60,900 nt of DNA from Actinomycetota bacterium (GTDB taxonomy: Bacteria; Actinomycetota; Acidimicrobiia; Spongiisociales; UBA11373), in the NCBI GenBank assembly GCA_043810615.1, contig JBDROA010000181.1:1-60900 (forward strand). The letters are read 5' to 3'. Below the pieces are notes generated by a model, which worked only from the letters and a program-made list of their open reading frames with translations, ran no database searches and was not told where the DNA came from. Of the stretch, positions 53,524-60,900 are shown one piece after another. Position numbers and translations under genes: made by a program. How positions within the stretch are numbered: the stretch's first letter is position 1; the number at the start of each line of letters is the position of its first letter.

Positions 53524-54801
53524 TCAGGATCCGAGGCCCTGCTGATCGGGCTCATCGGCGGTCCGGCGGTCCTCCCGGTCGGGGAAGCCGCGGTCCACGA
53601 GGGTCCCCAGCAGCTTGAGCTGGCGCTCGAGGGGCGCCACTCGTTCGGGCGGGGCGATCTCGCTCAGGTCCTCCAGCATGGCCCGCATGCGCCGAGCCAC
53701 CTGCACCGAGCCTTCGCCGTAGTGGCGAATCTCATCGCAGGCCAAGCTCACATAGCCCTCCCAGCTCATGGAGCGGACCACCAACCTGGTCTTGCCCTCC
53801 TCATCCCGGTGGGCCCCCGAAGGGAAGGGGCGGGCGGCCAACCGACGCAGGAAGTCGTGCAGCTGGTCGAGCACCTGCACGGCGGTGGTGGGGTCGTTGA
53901 TCGATGGGGAGAGAGCCCGCTCGGCGATGTCGACCAGCTGCCGCAAGCCGAAAGCGACGTCCTGGGACATGGTGCGCTCCCTGTCTAGATCCACGAAGCG
54001 CCGCAGGTCCCCGAGGTCCTGCCCACCGCCGTAGGCATGGAGGAGGGGAGCACCGCCCGGGACGAAGTCACCCACCGCCGGGACCAGCACCAGGAGGCAA
54101 TCCGCGTGCCGAGCCGCTTCCACCAGCCGCTCAGCGTCATAGGTGACCACCACCCCCGAGCGGGACGAGGGGATCACGCAGCTGGGCCGGCCTTGCGGGA
54201 GAGAGATCGACTTCTCCGCAGGCGGCTCGTCCTGCGACGCGGGGTACAGGTGATCCATGACCCTTCGGGTCTCGTTGCCCACCGAGGTGATGATGTTGAT
54301 CACCCGGATGGACTGGGCGATGTGGTTGATGTAGGCGACGAAGGCCCCCAGGCTGAGCAGCACCAGACCGAAGGCGCCGGTGACCGCCAGGGCGGGGACG
54401 AACTCCGGCTCCCCCATCGGCGCCCGAACCGACCGCAGCACCAGCATGCTGTAGGTGAAGGTGCCCACGAAAGTGGCCAGGGTGTACTGGCTGGCGCGGT
54501 CCCGGACGAAGGTGCGCAGTACCCGGGGCGAGAACTGGGTGCTGGTGAGCTGAAGAACCACGATCAGAATGGTGAAGACCAGAGCGGTTAGGGTCAGCAT
54601 CGAGGAGGCAATCACCGAGAGGATGGTCCGTGATGCCTCGGCGCTGCCGGTGAAGCCGAAAAGGGCCTTGCCGTCGGTGCTGACCAGCCAGCGATCAAGC
54701 GCAACCAGGCCGACCGCCAGCACGATGGCCACCACCACGCCCACGGTGGGCACGAACCAAAGGTTGGAGCGAAGCGACTCGCGCAGACGCAAGAGCCTCA
54801 T
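53524..54801 (-). CDS. DUF2254-family membrane protein
   Basis: MRLLRLRESLRSNLWFVPTVGVVVAIVLAV... with four N-terminal TM helices plus a large soluble domain. Confidence 0.65.
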   Translation of the reverse strand: MRLLRLRESLRSNLWFVPTVGVVVAIVLAVGLVALDRWLVSTDGKALFGFTGSAEASRTILSVIASSMLTLTALVFTILIVVLQLTSTQFSPRVLRTFVRDRASQYTLATFVGTFTYSMLVLRSVRAPMGEPEFVPALAVTGAFGLVLLSLGAFVAYINHIAQSIRVINIITSVGNETRRVMDHLYPASQDEPPAEKSISLPQGRPSCVIPSSRSGVVVTYDAERLVEAARHADCLLVLVPAVGDFVPGGAPLLHAYGGGQDLGDLRRFVDLDRERTMSQDVAFGLRQLVDIAERALSPSINDPTTAVQVLDQLHDFLRRLAARPFPSGAHRDEEGKTRLVVRSMSWEGYVSLACDEIRHYGEGSVQVARRMRAMLEDLSEIAPPERVAPLERQLKLLGTLVDRGFPDREDRRTADEPDQQGLGS

Positions 54802-55164
54802 CTTCCATTCAGCCTACCGCGCCCGCGCCACACCGGCCCGGAACTCCCCCACCAGCGTCGCCCGGACCGGCTCTCGTGAACAAGAGGCCTCCACTCTCCT
54901 GAAGGCCTCTTGGTGAGGCCTTCAGGAGAGAGCCCGCCTGGACCTACGCGGTCAAGGTGGGGCGCTGGTTCCAGGTTCAGGAGGCGTCTGGTTGCTCACT
55001 GTCCGATATCGGGAGGTAGACCCCTTGGACGCAACTGCCCCCGCTCACCACGGTCGAAGGACCCAGACTCCGTTGGTTCGAGAAACGCCACTTCCCTACG
55101 CAGTAGGACAGACCGCCGGAACCGCGTCCTGACCAGGGGTGATGTGCGGTTCGAGGAGTCCCAG

Positions 55165-55209
55165 TGGGCCCGGCTGGATTCGAACCAGCGAACTCATCCT
55201 TATCAGGGA
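55165..55209 (-). repeat. 45-nt copy of the 3' half of tRNA-Ile (44/45), att-like
   Basis: TGGGCCCGGCTGGATTCGAACCAGCGAaCTCATCCTTATCAGGGA matches 56785-56829. A diverged copy of the tRNA flank (CCTGaCCAGGGGT) lies at 55125-55148. Confidence 0.85.
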
Positions 55210-55415
55210 CAACCGGGGCTCGCGCGAACGGCCAGGTCAGGAGCCGAAACCGCCCGGAACCCCTTGTGCGCCTACGACTTGTGCTTTGGTCCGGTTTGTA
55301 CGGGCTGGTGCCCGTTTGGTCCGGTCGTGTGGTCAGTCTGTGGACAGTGGCAGACAGCCCGGGCTGCCCTGCGGCACTCGGCGAGCCGGCCACGGCCCCC
55401 GTCCTGCGCCAGGGG

Positions 55416-56675
55416 TCAGCTTTCGACCAACCGCCCGCGGATGTCCCACCCGCGAGTCTCATAGAGGTGGTCGTCCTGCCAGACGACCAGGAACCGGCCC
55501 GTGGACCCGGAGGCCACCGCCGGGTACCTTTCGTCCGATGTGCCGCCGGGGCCGCTGATGCGGAATTCACCATCCAGAATCTCACCGGCACCCGACACCA
55601 GGCACCCGAAGATGTCGACCCCGCGGCGGCCATTGCGTCCGTCCCCCCACACGACGAGGAACCGGCCCAGGGCCGGGTTGTAGGCCACCGCTGGCTCCAT
55701 CTCATTCTTGCCACGGCGGGTGCTGATGAGGAGCTCCTCGCCGGCCGGCACCCCGTCCCCCGACACCAGGCGCCCGTAGATGTGGGGTTCCGGGGTGAGG
55801 TCGTACCGGGCCCACACCACGAGGAAGCGGTCGGTGACCGGGTCGTAGGCTACATCGGGATCCCAAGACCGCTTGCTATCGAGGGTGCCGACGAAGAAGT
55901 CGGCGCCAACGACCTCCCCGGCCCCGGACACGCCCCGGCCCCGGATGGTGTAGGCGCCGCCTCTCCACCTGGCCCACACCACCAGGAACTGATCGGCGGC
56001 GGGACTGTAGGCCACCACCGGGCTGCCGGTGGTCCCACCACCAGTACTGATGAGGAAGGCATCCCCGGCTGGCACACCAGTCGCATCGAGCAATCGCCCG
56101 TAGACGTCCCGGCTCCCCGGGACCCACTGCTGCCAGACCACGAGGTACCCGCCGGTCGCGGGGTCGTAGGCCACGGCGGGGTTGCGCGACTCGCCTGCCC
56201 CAGTGGCGATGGGCAGGCCATCCCCGAGGGGCACACCCGTGGCCGAAACCAATCGACCGTAGATGTCGCTCCCCAGCGGATCGTCGGGATCCGGGTTGCG
56301 GGAGTCCTGCCAGACCACAAGGTACTGGCCGGTGACCGCATTAGCGGCCACCGCCGGATACTGCTCCCACCCGGTAGCACCGTTATCGCTGATGTGGATG
56401 CCCCGCCCCAGAGGGCGGCCCTCACTCCCCAGCAACCGGCCGTAGATGTCCCGGCTGTCGTCGGTGCCCCGCGAGTCGCACCACACCGCCAGGAAGCGAT
56501 CTGCGGAGGCGCCGTGGGCCACCCGGGCGTCCGACTCGTTCCCGGCCGCGCCGGTGTCGCTGATCCGGAAGCCGAACCCCACCGCGTCCCGAGTCCCGCC
56601 CCCTGCGGCGGCCGCCGGCAGGGCCAGGACGGCGAGAGCCAGAGCCAGCAGAAGCAGACCGAAACGAGCGCGCAT
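55416..56675 (-). CDS. secreted protein made of seven ~50-aa tandem repeats (propeller-like), unknown family
   Basis: ATG 56675. Signal MRARFGLLLLALALAVLALPAAAA. Repeat consensus F.IS....(E/S).PAVAY.P....FLVVW.D.R.....DIYGRLVS..G.P.G. Confidence 0.75.
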   Translation of the reverse strand: MRARFGLLLLALALAVLALPAAAAGGGTRDAVGFGFRISDTGAAGNESDARVAHGASADRFLAVWCDSRGTDDSRDIYGRLLGSEGRPLGRGIHISDNGATGWEQYPAVAANAVTGQYLVVWQDSRNPDPDDPLGSDIYGRLVSATGVPLGDGLPIATGAGESRNPAVAYDPATGGYLVVWQQWVPGSRDVYGRLLDATGVPAGDAFLISTGGGTTGSPVVAYSPAADQFLVVWARWRGGAYTIRGRGVSGAGEVVGADFFVGTLDSKRSWDPDVAYDPVTDRFLVVWARYDLTPEPHIYGRLVSGDGVPAGEELLISTRRGKNEMEPAVAYNPALGRFLVVWGDGRNGRRGVDIFGCLVSGAGEILDGEFRISGPGGTSDERYPAVASGSTGRFLVVWQDDHLYETRGWDIRGRLVES

Positions 56676-56740
56676 CGCAAACCCCCGTGAAGCCAACACG
56701 ACCGCCCCCAACCGTACTTCTCCACCGCGGCGTCCGTTGA

Positions 56741-56790
56741 CCCGGAGAACACGGAAGCCCCTTGCCTGGCCAGGGGTTCCTGCGTGGGCC
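56741..56790. repeat. 50-nt repeat, copy 2; contains a terminator-like hairpin just 3' of tRNA-Ile
   Basis: CCCGGAGAACACGGAAGCCCCTTGCCTGGCCAGGGGTTCCTGCGTGGGCC overlaps the last 6 nt of the tRNA. Confidence 0.9.
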
Positions 56791-56858
56791 CGGCTGGATT
56801 CGAACCAGCGACCTCATCCTTATCAGGGATGCGCTCTAACCAACTGAGCTACGGGCCC
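56785..56858 (-). tRNA. tRNA-Ile (anticodon GAT)
   Basis: GGGCCCGTAGCTCAGTTGGTTAGAGCGCATCCCTGATAAGGATGAGGTCGCTGGTTCGAATCCAGCCGGGCCCA folds as a full cloverleaf (7/4/5/5 bp stems). CCA is not encoded. Confidence 0.95.
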
Positions 56859-56916
56859 CGGGGCGCGGGAGTGTATCAAACCCCCGCCGGGAGCGGTCCC
56901 GTAGAATCGGCGCCGC

Positions 56917-56990
56917 GGGGATGTAGCTCAGTTCGGCAGAGCACCTGGTTTGCATCCAGGGGGTCAGGGGTTCGAATCCCCTCATCTCCA
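56917..56990 (+). tRNA. tRNA-Ala (anticodon TGC)
   Basis: GGGGATGTAGCTCAGTTCGGCAGAGCACCTGGTTTGCATCCAGGGGGTCAGGGGTTCGAATCCCCTCATCTCCA. The G3:U70 identity pair is present. TAGAAT at 56902-56907 is a possible -10. Confidence 0.95.
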
Positions 56991-57013
56991 CTTTCCGGGG
57001 AGAGGTAGCCCGC

Positions 57014-58159
57014 ATGCCCAGTGCCTTCATCGTCGACGCCATCCGCACCCCCATCGGCAAGCGCAACGGAAGCCTGCGGGGGTGGCACCCGGTGGACCTC
57101 TCCGCCCTGGTGGTGGAGGCCCTGGTGCGCCGCAGCGGGGTGGACCCGGCCGAGGTGGACGACGTCATCTGGGGCTGCGTGTCCCAGACCGGGGAGCAGG
57201 GACTGAACGTGGCTCGCTGGGTGGGCCTGGCAGCCGGCCTGCCCGAGGCGGTGCCCGGGGTGTCGATCGACCGACAGTGCGGGTCGAGCCAGCAGGCGGT
57301 GCACTTCGCCGCCCAGGGGGTCATGGCCGGGGTCTACGACATCGCCATAGCCGGCGGGGTGGAGTCGATGACCCGGGTGCCCATGGGGTCCACCATGCAG
57401 CAAGGGCCGGGCCTGCCCTTCGGCTCCCGGGTGCTGGGCCGCTACTCCCTGGTGCCCCAGGGCCTCTCGGCCGAGATGGTGGCCGACCGCTGGGGCCTCA
57501 CCCGGGAGGCCCTCGATGCCCTGTCGCTGGAGTCGCACCGACGCTCCGCCCGGGCCGTGGACGAGGGCCGCTTCGCCACCCAGTTGGTGGCCGTCGAGGG
57601 GGAGGCGGGGTCGCTGGCCGCCGACGAGGGCCTCCGGCGGGAGACCGGCCTCGAGGCCCTCGGCGCCCTGAAGCCGGCCTTCAAGCCCGACGGGGTGGTG
57701 ACCGCCGGCAACTCCTCCCAGATCGCCGACGGCGCCGGCGCTCTCCTCATCGCCTCGGAGACGGCCGTGGCCCGGATGGCGTGGCAGCCGCTGGCTCGCC
57801 TCACCGGCTTCGCCGTCACCGGGGTGGATCCGGTGATCATGCTCACGGGCCCCATCCCGGCAACGGCGATGGTGCTGGAACGGGCGAGCCTGGGGATCGG
57901 CGACGTGGACCTGTTCGAGGTGAACGAGGCCTTCGCCTCGGTGGTGGCCGCCTGGACGGCGGACACGGGGGCCGACCCGGAACGGGTCAATGCCAACGGC
58001 GGGGCTATCGCCGTGGGGCATCCCCTGGGGGCGTCGGGTGCCATCCTGATGACCCGCCTGGTGCACGAGATGGCCCGGACCGGGGCCCGCCGCGGCCTGC
58101 AGACGATGTGCGAGGGGGGCGGTACCGCCAACGCCACCCTGGTGGAACTGGCCGGGTGA
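57014..58159 (+). CDS. acetyl-CoA acetyltransferase (thiolase)
   Basis: 381 aa. IDRQCGSSQQAV (active-site Cys) and NANGGAIAVGHPLGASGA. Confidence 0.92.
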   Translation: MPSAFIVDAIRTPIGKRNGSLRGWHPVDLSALVVEALVRRSGVDPAEVDDVIWGCVSQTGEQGLNVARWVGLAAGLPEAVPGVSIDRQCGSSQQAVHFAAQGVMAGVYDIAIAGGVESMTRVPMGSTMQQGPGLPFGSRVLGRYSLVPQGLSAEMVADRWGLTREALDALSLESHRRSARAVDEGRFATQLVAVEGEAGSLAADEGLRRETGLEALGALKPAFKPDGVVTAGNSSQIADGAGALLIASETAVARMAWQPLARLTGFAVTGVDPVIMLTGPIPATAMVLERASLGIGDVDLFEVNEAFASVVAAWTADTGADPERVNANGGAIAVGHPLGASGAILMTRLVHEMARTGARRGLQTMCEGGGTANATLVELAG

Positions 58160-58215
58160 GGTGATACTCGCGCCCCCGCGGCTGGGGGGGAGGGCCGGGG
58201 TGCCATAATCGGCCC

Positions 58216-58518
58216 GTGGTCACTTCAACAGATCTTGATTCGATGTCGGTTGAAACGACGGTGGCCGGCTTCGGTGCCCTTGCCGACCCGATCCGCCTCG
58301 ACATCCTGACCCGCCTGAGTGACGGTGCCGAGCACTGCGTGTGCGAGTTGCGGCGCGAGGTCGGGGTGGCGGCCAACCTGCTCTCTTACCACCTGGCCGT
58401 GCTGCGCCGGGCCGGCCTGATCGCCGCCAAACGCCGCGGGCGGTGGGTGGACTACCGCCTCGTCCGCGAAGCACTGGAGGAGTTGCGCAATGCGGTGCCC
58501 GGGGAGGCGGTCCGGTGA
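58216..58518 (+). CDS. arsR: ArsR/SmtB-family metalloregulator
   Basis: LADPIRLDILTRLSDGAEHCVCELRREVGVAANLLSYHLAVLRRAGLI with the CVC pair. The start may be ATG 58243. Confidence 0.85.
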   Translation: MVTSTDLDSMSVETTVAGFGALADPIRLDILTRLSDGAEHCVCELRREVGVAANLLSYHLAVLRRAGLIAAKRRGRWVDYRLVREALEELRNAVPGEAVR

Positions 58519-59552
58519 GCGTCGCTCAGGAGACGCCCCGGGGCACGTCGCGGCGGCCCTGGGCCTGGGTGGTGGCCGGGGCGGCGGCGTGGGCCGGCCT
58601 CTTCGTCGCCAACGAAGTGGTCTGGGACTGGCTGGTGTTCGACCTCGCCGGCTTCAACGGGCATCTCGGCGACGCGGTGCACTTCTTCCTCTTCGACATG
58701 GGGAAGATCCTCCTGCTCCTCACCGCCGTGGTCTTCGCCGCCGCGGTGCTGCGCACCTTCGTCTCCCCCGAGCGCACCCGGGCCCTTCTCGGCGGACGCC
58801 GGCAGGGCCTCGGCAACCTGGCGGCCGCCGGCCTGGGAGTGGCCACCCCCTTCTGTTCCTGCAGCGCCGTCCCCTTGTTCATCGGGTTCGTCGCCGCCGG
58901 GGTGCCCCTCGGCATAACCATGTCTTTCCTCATCGCCAGTCCCATGGTGAACGAAGTGGCCCTGGTGCTGCTCTGGAGTACCTTCGGCTGGCGGGTGGCC
59001 CTGCTCTACGCCGGATTGGGCCTGCTCATCGCCATCGTCGCCGGTCTGGTGATCGGCCACCTGCGCCCCGAGCGGTGGGTGGAGCGTTTCGTCTTCCAGG
59101 TGCAGGTCGGCGCCGCCGCCCCGGGCGCCCGGCAGTCGTGGGCGGAGCGCTTTGCCACCGGGCGGGCCGAGGCTCGGGCCATCGTCGGCCGGGTATGGCC
59201 CTTCCTCCTCGGTGCCCTGGCGGTGGGCGCCGCCATCCACGGCTGGGTTCCCCAGGACTTCTTCGTGCGCTACGCCGGGCCGGGCAACCCCTGGTCGGTG
59301 CCGCTGGCGGTGGTCCTGGGCATCCCCCTCTACTCGAACGCCGCCGGGACCATCCCACTGATCGAGGCCCTGCACGCCAAGGGCCTGGCCCTGGGCACGG
59401 TGCTGGCCTTCACGATGGCGGTGGTGGCCCTGTCGCTGCCCGAGATGATCCTGCTGCGCCGGGTGCTGCGCCCCCGCCTGCTGGGCATGTTCATCGGCGT
59501 CGTGGCGGTCGGGATCGTGGCCACCGGGTACCTGTTCAACGCCGTTCTGTAG
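58515..59552 (+). CDS. permease with TPFCSCS motif (ArsP-like / DUF318-type)
   Basis: GTG 58515 overlaps the arsR stop. ...GVATPFCSCSAVPLFIGFVAAGVPLG... Multi-pass membrane protein. Confidence 0.75.
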   Translation: MSVAQETPRGTSRRPWAWVVAGAAAWAGLFVANEVVWDWLVFDLAGFNGHLGDAVHFFLFDMGKILLLLTAVVFAAAVLRTFVSPERTRALLGGRRQGLGNLAAAGLGVATPFCSCSAVPLFIGFVAAGVPLGITMSFLIASPMVNEVALVLLWSTFGWRVALLYAGLGLLIAIVAGLVIGHLRPERWVERFVFQVQVGAAAPGARQSWAERFATGRAEARAIVGRVWPFLLGALAVGAAIHGWVPQDFFVRYAGPGNPWSVPLAVVLGIPLYSNAAGTIPLIEALHAKGLALGTVLAFTMAVVALSLPEMILLRRVLRPRLLGMFIGVVAVGIVATGYLFNAVL

Positions 59553-59566
59553 GAAGGAGAGCGACC

Positions 59567-59809
59567 ATGGAGATCAAGATCCTGGGCGGGGGCTGCGCCA
59601 ATTGCCGGGCCCTCGAGGCCATGGCCAAACAGGCCACCGCCGAACTGGGCGTCGAGGCGACCATCGAGGAGGTCACCGACTACGCCGCCATCGCCTCCTA
59701 CGGGGTGATGCGCACTCCGGCCCTGGTCATCGAGGGCACGGTGTTCCTCTCGGGCCGGGTACCCGATCGGGCTGAGGTGCGTCGCATAATCGAAGGCCTG
59801 GCCCGATGA
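59567..59809 (+). CDS. small thioredoxin-fold protein (redox-active disulfide protein 2-like)
   Basis: AGGAAGGAG before ATG 59567. MEIKILGGGCANCRALE (CxxC). 80 aa. Confidence 0.8.
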   Translation: MEIKILGGGCANCRALEAMAKQATAELGVEATIEEVTDYAAIASYGVMRTPALVIEGTVFLSGRVPDRAEVRRIIEGLAR

Positions 59810-60888
59810 CCCACCCCGCAGGCCAGGCGGTGCTGGCTCGCCTGTCGCTCCTCGATCGCTTTCTGCCCGCGTGGATCCTGCTGGCCATGGGCCTGGGCCT
59901 GGGCCTGGGACGCCTGATCTCAGGCCTCAACGACGCCCTGGACGCCATCAAGATCAGCTCGGTGTCGCTGCCCATCGCCCTGGGCCTGCTGGCGATGATG
60001 TACCCGGTGCTGGCGAAGGTGCGCTACTCCCGGGTCGGGCAGGTGGCCGCCGACCGCAAGCTCATGGGCCTGTCGCTGCTGCTCAACTGGGTCGTCGGAC
60101 CGGCGATCATGTTCGCCCTCGCCTGGCTGCTGCTGCCCGACCTGCCCGAGTACCGCACCGGCCTCATCATCGTGGGCCTGGCCCGCTGCATCGCCATGGT
60201 CCTCATCTGGAACGACCTGGCTTGCGGCGACCGGGAAGCGGCGGTAGTGCTGGTGGCGCTGAACTCGCTGTTCCAGATCGCCGCCTACTCCTTGCTGGGC
60301 TACTTCTACCTGCACCTGCTCCCGGGCTGGCTCGGCCTCGACACCGGCGAACTCGACGTGGGTCTGTGGGAGATCGCCCGCATCGTGTTCATCTTCCTGG
60401 GCATCCCCCTGCTGGCCGGCTATCTCACCCGGCTGTGGGGGGAGCACACCCGCGGAGTGGTGTGGTACGAGGAGGAGTTCCTGCCCCGCATCGCACCCTT
60501 GGCCTTGTGGGGTCTGCTCTTCACGGTGGTCCTGCTCTTCGCCCTGCAGGGGGAGACGATCACCGCCAAGCCCCTCGACGTGGCCCGCATCGCCCTGCCC
60601 CTCCTCGCCTATTTCGGGCTCATGTGGGGGGTGTCCTTCGCTCTGGGTCTCCGCCTGCGCCTGGGCTACGCGCGCAATACGACGCTGGCGTTCACCGCGG
60701 CCAGCAACAACTTCGAACTGGCCATCGCCGTGGCCATCGGGGTGTTCGGGGTGGAATCCGGCCAGGCCCTGGCCGGCGTAGTGGGACCGCTCATCGAGGT
60801 GCCGGTGCTGGTCGGCCTGGTGTACGTGGCCCTGTGGGCGCGGCGGCGCTTCTACCCGGCGGAGGCGGCTCCGAGCGGCGGCGGATGA
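59806..60888 (+). CDS. acr3: ACR3-family arsenite efflux transporter
   Basis: ATGA overlap with the previous gene. ...LDRFLPAWILLAMGLGL...AMMYPVLAKVRY...GLARCIAMVLIWNDLA... Confidence 0.88.
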   Translation: MTHPAGQAVLARLSLLDRFLPAWILLAMGLGLGLGRLISGLNDALDAIKISSVSLPIALGLLAMMYPVLAKVRYSRVGQVAADRKLMGLSLLLNWVVGPAIMFALAWLLLPDLPEYRTGLIIVGLARCIAMVLIWNDLACGDREAAVVLVALNSLFQIAAYSLLGYFYLHLLPGWLGLDTGELDVGLWEIARIVFIFLGIPLLAGYLTRLWGEHTRGVVWYEEEFLPRIAPLALWGLLFTVVLLFALQGETITAKPLDVARIALPLLAYFGLMWGVSFALGLRLRLGYARNTTLAFTAASNNFELAIAVAIGVFGVESGQALAGVVGPLIEVPVLVGLVYVALWARRRFYPAEAAPSGGG

Positions 60889-60900
60889 GGGGCCGGATGC

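Noticed and set aside
55164-56690. 508-aa plus-strand ORF overlapping the seven-repeat gene, and the 245/300-aa minus alternatives
   Set aside because: The repeat periodicity, signal peptide and ATG context belong to the minus frame 55416..56675. The others are compositionally biased shadows.
56785-56990. tRNA-Ile/tRNA-Ala pair as part of an rRNA operon spacer
   Set aside because: The two tRNAs are on opposite strands, and no 16S or 23S-like sequence flanks them. A thiolase gene starts 24 nt after tRNA-Ala.

Overview
This is a very GC-rich (judged by eye), Actinomycetota-like chromosomal window. It opens in the replication-origin neighbourhood with dnaN (5' end cut by the window edge), recF, dciA/DUF721, gyrB, gyrA and a DUF3566 gene. 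It continues with these loci, in order:
- a BtuFCD-like importer behind a cobalamin riboswitch
- an M23 peptidase and surE
- an ECF sigma/anti-sigma pair facing a secreted beta-propeller lipoprotein
- a five-gene Opp/Dpp-type importer followed by an APH-family kinase
- a thiolase plus fadB-like beta-oxidation pair
- a roughly 1260-aa ExeM/NucH-type secreted nuclease
- a CopB-type P-type ATPase
- tRNA-Ile and tRNA-Ala, then a second thiolase
- an arsR / ArsP-like permease / thioredoxin-like / acr3 cluster

Three patches look less GC-rich and accessory:
- 20.1-24.7 kb holds phd-relE, a class II Fic gene, a DUF222-HNH gene and two secreted proteins. Copies of one palindromic motif sit at the module boundaries.
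- 38.8-40.8 kb holds a decaying RHH-MazF pair.
- 44.9-56.8 kb holds transposase and enolase fragments, metal/ion transport genes, a baeRF3-like eRF1-fold protein, a DUF2254 protein and a seven-repeat secreted protein. This patch ends at the tRNA-Ile gene. It also contains a 45-nt copy of the tRNA 3' half and a 50-nt direct repeat (48/50 identical) of the tRNA flank.

I found no CRISPR array, rRNA, or intact integrase or transposase, and no gene set I can confidently call a new system. The best follow-up candidates are the nested tRNA-Ile insert with its uncharacterised cargo and the motif-punctuated cassette patch. Several reading-frame breaks (about 17.9, 23.2 and 38.25 kb) could be real gene decay or sequencing indels. 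Most long ORFs in the supplied track are GC-driven shadow frames of the genes listed here.
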